Source: Utricularia gibba
Taxonomy: Eukaryota > Plantae > Magnoliophyta
Direction of reading: 5' to 3'
DNA: 64,000 nucleotides
Assembly (NCBI GenBank): GCA_002189035.1
Contig: NEEC01000014.1
Coordinates: 992,001-1,056,000 of the forward strand
The notes beneath the pieces are model-generated. The model searched no databases and had not been told where the DNA came from. It worked only from the letters and a program-made list of their open reading frames with translations. Position numbers and translations under genes: made by a program. Positions 53,706 to 64,000 of the stretch are shown here, in pieces. Each line of letters opens with the position of its first letter. Position 1 is the stretch's first letter.

Positions 53706-54913
53706 ATGAAGAGGAAGAGACTGGAGATCACCGCCGACGGAGATGCGCCGGGGATTCCGATTCGATTTGATTTTTTTGATGCTCTGCCTGACGATCTTGT
53801 CCTAATCGTCGTCTGCAAGTTAAGCGCAACCGCCGATTGTCCCGGGGATTTCGTCAATCTGTCGTTAACGTGAGAAATGCTCGTTCTTATGCTGCTTCTT
53901 TTGTTATTGATTTGGTGTATTTTTTGAGGAGTTTGAGACGTGTTTGGTTTCTCTATCTTGTTCTTGTTTTTTTTTTCTACAGATGTAGAAGATTGAATGG
54001 ATTATGCCTTGATTCGTTGGCTTTGAAGGCCGCGTCGCGGAAGGTAATGGCGGTCAAGGCTCGGAAATGGTCGGGATCTGCGCATAAGTTTCTCGTACGA
54101 TGTGTTGAATCTGGGAATCTGGAAGCCTGTTACACTCTCGGCATGGTGATTGAATTGTTCATTTTCACAATTTTGAGATTTATTTTTGGTCTGCTGAATG
54201 GAAATTTTCTGGTTGCAGATTCGATTCTACTGTTTGCAGCAAAGAATGAGTGGAGCGGCGTTAATGGCGAAGGCCGCGATGGGGGGGCACGCTCAGGCCC
54301 TGTATTCGCTAGCAGTTATCCAATTCAACGGTAGTGGGGTACCAAAAACGACAAGGATCTCCGGGCTGGTGTCGCTTTATGCGCACGCGCCGCATTCCTC
54401 GGCCACCTCGACGGTCTCCGAGAGCTCGGTCACTGCTTACAAGACGGGTACGGCGTCAAGAAGAACATTGCCGCTGGGCGGCTATTTCTAGTGCAGGCCA
54501 ACGTCCTCGAGGTCGCCGTTGTCTTCAGGGCAAATAATTCCTCCACCGCGTTACCCCCGGCGTGGGTACCGTGCAACTCTATCTTCTTCCCTCGGCTAAA
54601 TAATCCCAGCTCTACAGCGTCGATGACGGTGGCTCACCCGGTAAACCGATTCTTATCGGAATGGTTTTCCATAGAGTCAAATGCATGTCCTGAACGGAGA
54701 ATATGCTCTCACTCCGGCTGCGGACGGCCGGAGACGCGGCGGCATGAATTCCGGCAATGCTCTGTTTGTGGAACGGTGAATTACTGCTCCCGTGCCTGTC
54801 AATCTCTTGACTGGAAACTGAGGCATAAGGTGGAGTGTTCTCCGTTTATAGTGGCGGAGGTCGATGGTGAAGACGGCGGCGACGATATATTCCACGGCGG
54901 TGGAGAGTTTTAA
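53706..54913 (+). CDS. F-box protein with Sel1-like repeats and C-terminal MYND zinc finger (At1g67340/At5g50450-like); apparent -1 frameshift near 54336-54339
   Basis: FDALPDDLV, SAHKFLVRCVESGNLEACYTLGMI, ALYSLAVIQFNGSG, LRELGHCLQDGYGV and CSHSGCGRPETRRHEFRQCSVCGTVNYCSRACQSLDWK. The NDKDLRAGVALCARAA frame needs one more G. Confidence 0.92.
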
Positions 54914-55201
54914 TCGTGTAAAAAGCGTAGTGCGTAAAAATGGGACAGAATCATGGTGCGTGTTTTTCATTGCATCGCATTGCTTGAGTTGAGGGGTGGG
55001 GCGTGGGAATCCAAATCAAATGTTCCCTCAAAAAAAAGTCGATTAAATTAAAGACACTGGGGAAAGTGATTTCCACGTGTTCGCAGCTCATTGGACATGA
55101 CAACAAAAACCTAAATTGAATTCGAATCCCTTTGGCGAGGATGGAGAAAGTCAAAAGTCTGATAAAAACAAAATCAATATCCCCGACAAACGACGTCGTT
55201 T

Positions 55202-55687
55202 TTATCCATCGTCCTCGTCGTCCCTCCGCTGGGAACTGCTACGCCAGAATCCAGCTCCGTGAAATCGATCCCAGAGGGCAATATCCCAATCTACGACGTC
55301 GTTTTCAGCTTTCCAATCTCCCAGACCTGCCTCCTCCGGCCACCACTGCCCCCAGTCGAGGCTGTGGAATCTGAACGAATTCTCGTTCCCGCAATTCTCG
55401 TTCCCCTCCATCGACATCAATTTCTGCCTTCTCTTCAACAGCCTCTTCCTCTTCTTGCGCTTCCATATCCCCTTCGGCACCCGACACAACGAGAAGATCA
55501 GATACAACATTCCGCACGGGCAGCAGCAGCACACAGCCAAACAATCTCCCGCCGTCTCGCCGATTGTTCCCCGGCGGCGCGGCCGCCTCTTCGCGTCCTC
55601 CGGGTGAATCGGTGGGGCCATTGTTTCCAGAAGCGGCTGTTTCCGCCCCATCGCCGCCGTTGACCCCGGCGTGGAATCCCTAGGCAT
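55202..55687 (-). CDS. Intronless plant-specific protein with CCCCPC motif and basic tract (At3g11690/At5g06380-like)
   Basis: RKQPLL...GETAGDCLAVCCCCPCGMLYLIF...RKKRKRLLKRR...WDRFHGAGFWRSSSQR. The start codon could be a downstream ATG. Confidence 0.8.
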   Translation of the reverse strand: MPRDSTPGSTAAMGRKQPLLETMAPPIHPEDAKRRPRRRGTIGETAGDCLAVCCCCPCGMLYLIFSLCRVPKGIWKRKKRKRLLKRRQKLMSMEGNENCGNENSFRFHSLDWGQWWPEEAGLGDWKAENDVVDWDIALWDRFHGAGFWRSSSQRRDDEDDG

Positions 55688-56012
55688 TGCTTATGGTGAA
55701 GTTCTCCTTGGATTGTGCCTGGGGAAGATAATTTTATGATAATGGTACTTAATTGCCAAGGAAAATCTCATTTTTGGGCCACCACCTATATAAGCGGTGG
55801 AACAAAATACAATTTTCATTTTTTTTTGATAATTTTCATTAACACCTCTAAAATAATATAAATTTATGGGCCAGGCCGTTCTTTTGAGAATAATGTCTAT
55901 AGGGCCCTTTCAAATTCACAGTGAAGCCCAATAAGCTTAGGGGCTTTCGATGTAGTTTCTATTCGTTTTGAGAATCCCGTCTGGAGTTTGTGTCCATCTG
56001 CCGCCGCTGAGG

Positions 56013-57305
<1,293 letters not shown>

Positions 57306-57688
57306 TTTGGAATCCCATTCCTTGTTATTGATATTCTAGTGTTTTCCATTTGATTCACGCGCATCGAAAAGAACAGTAGGAGTGAATATGTACAAGCTCT
57401 GAAGCATCGAGCTCCCGCCAAAGTCGCCGGAGTTTTTTCTGTTCATCTCTCCGCCCCCCATGGAGTGAGGGTAACGGTCCGAATGTGAGGGAAAAAAAAA
57501 TCAATTTGTTGACACGTATCGAATTGAAATATATAAGACCACGAAAGTAAAAAATTTTCGGTCCGAATGCACACTCCTAATATTATGTACACGCGCATTC
57601 TAACATTTTAGTCTTTGGTTCCAGAAAACAAGGGATGCACATCAGGAGCTCTTCCATGAAGTACAACGATGGCGGCGAGCACACTCAC

Positions 57689-59210
57689 TCAATATCCCTG
57701 TGTCACGACCGTTCTGCCCAGAACGAATGTGACCAGAGACAGCTCCAGGAAGAAAATCGTATTGATCAATCCTCGATCCACCGCCCACCCGTAAATAGTT
57801 ACACCTCCAGGATTCTCCCGGAGATACATCACTGCAAAACAGGCCCCAAGGTTAGGAAACAAACACCCTTTGTGAACTGTTTGATGTAGAAGAAGAAAAC
57901 ACATGTACCCAGAGCCAGCCTCTTGTGGTAAGATGATACGTCTGATGCGAGGTGTGTGCTTGAGGAGGAGGATGATGATGCATCGAAATCGAGCCACCCG
58001 GAGTCAATTCCGGGGCCATCATACACCGGTTCTCCTGTTCCATTAGGAGATCTCCAGGAAGAGCCATTGGCTGTCATGACAACATGCCATCTGGTAGCCA
58101 GTGCTCCTATACCTTGAGCTCTGTGTGTTATTTTCGCGGCAGCGTTCAAGCAGAGGATGATCACCGCCACCTGCACTATGGATGAAACCTGCACGCCGGA
58201 GAAGATCAGAAACAGGTGCTTTCTGACAAGGGGAAGAGATGGGTTATGGCCAAGACAGCAACTTACTACATAGTCTCCGCAGTTGATGAAGGTAAACTCG
58301 TACTCAGTGGTCTTAACCAGGTTGATGAACTGGACAACGGTGACTATCAGAAACTGTGTAATGAGGTACAGTCTGAATCTATGGCTTATCTTGTACAGGT
58401 AGTAACGTAAGCGGCCATGCTCTTGTAGCAATTCTGAAACGTTTTCTTCTCGTTCTAAAAGCTTCCCATAATCACCAAGATGTATGATTTGCAGACTGCA
58501 GACAACGTAGAACAAAACCGAAGCTGAAAAGATGATCGTTGTGACGAACGCCCATGATGCAAGTAAGCACAAGAGAATCCCAGCTGATAGCCATGGCGAC
58601 CGCCCGCTGACGTGCATGAACCTCAAGATTTCCCTCCCGATCTTTAACAAGAAACATGGGATCAGCAGTATCAGAAGCAGCCGGATGAAATCCTGCAGGG
58701 GAAACAGTTGCGATTCTTCAAGTTTGATGATGAGTATCAAGTAGATGGATTGAAGAATGGTGGGCTTACTGAAATCTTCTGCGTGTACTGCGCTGTGAAC
58801 CTCTCTGAATGCCCATTTTCTCGATCAACAAAAAGAAACTTTCTCAAACCGTATTTTCTCAGGTTGTGCGAAACACATATGAGTGCTGCTGCAGCCATAC
58901 AGGCCTGCGATGCCACGATGCCGGTTTCGAATCCCAGAATCTGAACCACTTCGCAGCCAGAGCAATCCGGGAAATGAATCATTATCAGAGGAAGAAAAAC
59001 ACCCATCACAAAGAAAGATACCCATGATGCCACAAAAGTATGAATCGAGGACTGCTCAAAACCCAATACCGAGAGAAAAAAATCCAATCTTCTAAGGGCT
59101 TTGTTAAAACGGATTTCCAAATCGCTGCTCCCTTTTTCCGGTGGGGACTCCGGGTTACGAGAAACGACGCCGTTTATCAATGGGAGTTTCTCCTCGGGGT
59201 ACTCCGCCAT
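57689..59210 (-). CDS. DUF3537 multi-pass membrane protein
   Basis: Multiple TM segments; SHNLRKYGLRKFLFVDR, LRYYLYKISHRFRLYL, AAAKITHRAQGIGALATRWH and YLRENPGGVTIYGWAVDRGLINTIFFLELSLVTFVLG. Confidence 0.9.
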
Positions 59211-59931
59211 GATTGGGAAAATGCCAAGTAGTTCAGACACTGTAGCCGAAGAACAAAAATAGGGAATATTAACAATGGGTGTTCACTGTCGCTGTAAGCA
59301 AAACAGCAGCATACATCGTTTCATCCTGCCAAGTGGGACGGCAGGGGAATAGCATCGTTGTTTTGCTTCCTAAACATCAGATATGACCAAAACGTCACCT
59401 GGTTATCAGAAAGATTGGATTTTTGGTGTCGGAGATCCGCGGTCCACTACAAATTGTGTTGATAAATGAATTGGGTTATAGAAAGACAATACAACGTCGC
59501 AAGCAGAAAATTCTGAAAGTCAAATCCCGCTTCCTGCAATCTTCGTCCAAATCCCCCGCTTTCAGCGACTGCCATTTTTGTCCGAGACCCGGCCGAGGTC
59601 TATACCACCCCCGGCTAACCCCTCCCTCCACAAGAAAAAGTCCAATTCCATCAAAAAAATTCAAACTTGAGCTGCATTTAAAATTCCACCAACCAATAAA
59701 AGAAAGAATCTTTTAAGTGATTCTGCTGCCAAAAAACTAATTGATCCATGTAATAAAATCTGATCTGATTATCATTCACTATTTGGTTGTTCTAAGGTTA
59801 TTTGATGGAAGATGATGAAGTTCATAGGACATGGTCTGCATGTACACCAAAGGCATTTGACAACTTGGGCTACCCTGAAGAAGAAGAAAAGGAAGAAACG
59901 AAAAAGATGTGAAATGCAGGACAAAGGGCTG

Positions 59932-62900
59932 CTATCTTTTGGTTTTCCTTTCACCACTGCGAGCAAGAAAACGTTCCCTCGCAGCAAGTATTTTGCTGTC
60001 CCTGCCATCATCAACAAGCCGAGGAAGAGAACATTGGCTGCTCCCCTTCTTCAGCACTTCTGGTTCAACACTGTTGCTGTTTCAAGTAACAACCGGCATG
60101 AGATCCCCACAACAATAATGGTAAACGAATAGCAATGACTCTGGCACCTGAGTTTGCGGACGTTGAGTCTCTGGAGCTTAGCCAAAGCTGGTTGAACCCA
60201 TTGCATCTCTACAGCACAGACATTTCGCATATACGGCCGTGATGTCGTTATAAGTTCATGATATATGACATAACTGGGGAATTTCCCATCTTCGTCTGGT
60301 TTCAGTGCTGATGATGGATGCACCTGAAATGATTGAACTTGCAAGTGGTTAGACTTGAACTAGCCAACAGTTTTCGAGCTCACAGATACCTGAACCAACT
60401 GTGTCTTCAAACCAGGAGTTCTGTAGCCATTGTGAAGTAGCATACGCTCTGCAATTTGATTTGCATATCCTGCACATAAAGCTTTTCTCAAAGCAATGTA
60501 ATCTCGATCTTCATGTTTATTCCGTGTCTTGATCTGCATCGGCCCTGTGACAGAAACAGTCAAATTACAGGCTTCCAAGATAGACGAAAAGGGTGATATT
60601 TATGAGAAGCCATGAATGCTACATTACACCATAGACTTGAATGCATTTCATACAACAACATGAAGCATGAGATCGCATGCTCAGTGCTGTAACAGTGCTC
60701 AAACTCTAACAAACAATGTTGCAGCTTCACTGTGAACTCTCACCTTTTGCGATCTTCATCATTATTTGAGATAACTGTTCCCTGACATTCTCAATGAAGT
60801 TCATCGATCTCATCTGGAATCAAGAAATTCAATGGTATCAAACTCCACTCAGGGATTCATTAGAGGAAAGCATGCCATTGGTTCCCTGAAAAAAAAAAAA
60901 CAAAACAGAACAATCAGCCTAACAAATGACCTGCAGATTGTGCTCTTTACACCAGTTTACTCTATCTTCACTTCGATTCCAGAGCTCATATATCTGCAGC
61001 AACTGGATATGGTCACCCAATCCAAACCCATCAGGTAAGTTTGATGATGTGTGCTTGCGCTTCTTTTCAGTAGTCTTGCTGCTGGTCCAAAAGGATTTGG
61101 GCATAAAGAATAAGAGGAAAATAACTTGAAAAAATGTCAAAACGCACAAGGTTAATAAGAAACAGTGGTCTACTCGCAATAAACAATAAAGCATAGTATC
61201 TCAGCCAGCTACAAAAAATTACCTCTGTGCAAAAACCATTGTAGTTTCAGCAGATAGCATTGCAGCAACTGTCAAAGCATGAGATAAAGAGCCATTCTGG
61301 TTTGCCTCTAGTAAAGTTCTTGATAGTGAAGGTTCCAGTGGAAGTTCTGCATATACATGAGATTCTCAACTTAGAAGTGCTGCAGTTACTAACCTTTGGG
61401 TCAACCCAGTGCAAGTTCGAGACGCAAGACAATTTCCCCTTGGATCCTTGGAAAACATAATATTCAATATCAGTAATTACCAGACATGGTCCTTCCCAGA
61501 CTTGTTATTGAACCATCCTCATCAATGGCATCAATTAGAAACAGTTGCTTCAGCGCATCTTCCAAAGCTTCATCTGTTACAAGGTCGAGGGGTCATTGAG
61601 AAGATAACATATAACGCATTGATGTAAAAAAGTAGGTGGAAAAGATTTCGTACATGAAGGAGGATCAAGAAAGTCAAATTTGAGAATGTCAATGTCCTGA
61701 AGTTCAAGTGACTTTAGGTATAGTACACTTCCAGCAAGGGAAGATCTCTGTATTTCAGGAACTGTGACATCTAGAAATTTGCTTTCATAAACATGAGATG
61801 GATATAGACGATAGCACTTTCCAGGACGCGTTCTTCCAGCCCTTCCAGCACGTTGGTCAGCCTGCACTCTAAGATCATATACGGTGTTATGCAGATAAAG
61901 GGTGGATCAAGTTGCATACATGGTACCAAGCAGCAAGACGAATCATTAAGTTATACGTCAAAAAAAATTATCTACACCATATCTACAAGCTGCTAGAAGC
62001 AGCATTCCGAGGGATAAGATTTCATACTTGCTAATTTCAACAGCATCAAGAGAATACATGCGAGTTGCTGGATTGTACTGCCTTTGCTTTACAAAGCCGG
62101 AATCAATTACATACCTAAGATGAAAACCAGAGTTAGAGGACAGTCATGATGGCAATGATTCTACCTTCAACCACTAAGGGAAAGGAGAACGGTAAATAGC
62201 CTTCTAAGGATAGCAAAAATAGACAAGAAACAGAAATTTTAATAAATTTCTTACACAACACCATCAATAGTCAAGGATGTCTCTGCTATGTTTGTAGAAA
62301 CAATAAATCGACGAGAATTTGGAGGGGCAGGCATGAACACTCGAACCTGTTAATATAAAGCAAGTTTAGGAGGATGCCGAGTGCTTTGTAAATAAACCAA
62401 TGTGCAAACAGCAGATAGAGAGTAGATACTATCCTGGAGCTCCGGCGGCAATGACCCATGAAGAGGAAGAACTATGGCATCCATACAAGATCCTTCTTCC
62501 AAGTTCAGAATCCTCTCCTCGAACTTCTTTATAAATTTTTCTATATCATCCTACCAGAACAAAAACAATCTATTAGGTCGGTCATATACCATCAGAGGCA
62601 TTATAAACTGGGCATAAAGAAACAATATCAAAGGGACAAACTTTTCCAGTCAAGAAGATTAGAACATCGCCTTCAGGTTCTTTAACATGTATATCTGTAA
62701 AAACAGGCAAAAGAATGGCATAAATCAAGAATTTGCAAAAGGTGGCATCTTCACAGGAAAGGATAAATAAAGTCTCTACGCACCCAAAGCAGTTTCAAGA
62801 GCAGCTTCAATATAACTTTTTGGCCTTTCTAAGCAATGCTTTTTCTCAACGGGGAATAATTTCCCGGGAACATTAACAACAGGGCAGTCAGAAAAAAATC

Positions 62901-63704
62901 TGGATACTTTTTCACCATCCAGTGTGGCTGATGTGATCATAACTTTTAAATTGGATGCACGGATCACAATCAAGCGTTTCATCAGCCCAAGCAGTATATC
63001 TCTGCGAGACATACATATCACAACATTCATCAATAAAACAAAGAAATATATTTATATAAGATAGGAGAAGCTAGAAGATCGAGAATTACTGATAATTACA
63101 GTAAAGAAAATCAGTATGCTAATGAAATTTACGTGTTTAAGCTTCTCTCATGAGCCTCATCCAATATAATAACCGAATACTTGCTTAGTAAAGGGTCAGA
63201 AAGACTTTCACGAAGAAGCACTCCATCCGTCAAGTACCTGCACAAACGATTAGAGGTCCCATTTCAGCAATTTGAATTCATATTGGAATCCACATTGCTG
63301 TCAAAGAATAACTTTACTTAATCAGAGTATTGTCTGAAGTTCTATCATCAAAGCGTATGCCATATCCTACTTCACCCCCTATCTCAACATTAAGCTCTTC
63401 TGAAACTCGCCTGTTCCATCAACCAACAAAGGAGGCAAAATTGCACACTTGAAACTTCGAAATACTTTACAAATTCATAACTGATGCCCGTCACATAGAA
63501 TTACCGGGCTAAAGAGACGGCTGCCACACGACGAGGCTGAGTGACGGCGATGCAGCCGGATTTCGAATAACCCCTTCGATGAAGAATCTGAGGAAGTTGC
63601 GTGCTTTTACCTGAACCAACTTCCCCAATTACCACGACCACAGTATTTTTCTCCACAGTTTCCAAGATTTGCTCCTGGAATTTGATAATAGGCAATTGCT
63701 CCAT
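59932..63704 (-). CDS. DEAH-box RNA helicase (DEAH4/At1g27900-like), many exons
   Basis: [80 protein letters not shown] and terminal [19 protein letters not shown]. Confidence 0.95.
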
Positions 63705-64000
63705 TGTCACAAACTCAAAACACAATCTTCCATGAAGGACATCTTAGAGCTTTATCAACTTTGAAGCCCGTCATCATCTTTGCCCTTCATTAAGCAGAAG
63801 ACCCAGAACAAGTTTTCGATTTAGGGTTTAGAGTAGAATACTAAACCCCCCCTTCCCCTTCCCATCATCACCTTTGTCCTTCATTATAAAAAGAGATGCT
63901 TTTTTATAGTATGGGCAAATTGGAGAGCTGTTACGAAAAACAACGGTGCTCTACTGGTTCTCTCCCGTTATGGTTCGTCGGAGGCCCTTCAGATTTATCA

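Overview
AT-rich, gene-dense nuclear window from a flowering plant (probably a eudicot with a compact genome; introns are mostly about 70-110 nt). There are about 13 ordinary single-copy genes: VPS13 (5' part), an At1g32730-like gene, phosphoacetylglucosamine mutase, an AT-hook AHL, a SAM methyltransferase, acetylornithine deacetylase, KLCR1, RSM22/METTL17, a MYBPA1-type R2R3-MYB, an F-box/MYND gene, a CCCCPC protein, RPL17, DUF3537 and a DEAH4-like helicase. The accessory content is a fast-evolving cluster of cysteine-rich receptor-like kinases (CRK, 2xDUF26). Its minus-strand arm (7-12 kb) and plus-strand arm (26-38 kb) face outward around four housekeeping genes. The cluster holds one clearly intact CRK (26.2-28.7 kb), two with lesions that may be assembly errors, three remnants, and an open-frame kinase-less copy (DUF26x2-TM-short tail, 31.4-32.6 kb). 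A separate open-frame CRK-type kinase with almost no ectodomain lies at 50.9-52.7 kb. The last two could form a split or decoy receptor system (hypothesis only). Other features: a ~110-bp fold-back, W-box-bearing repeat found only beside CRK copies; a 340-bp plastid 16S rRNA insertion upstream of the kinase-less copy; a solo-LTR-like insert; and a strong G-quadruplex tract. Caveat: at least six genes, including housekeeping ones, carry apparent -1 frameshifts in short homopolymers, which points to consensus errors, so some pseudogene calls are provisional. Product names come from recognising motifs from memory; no database search was run.
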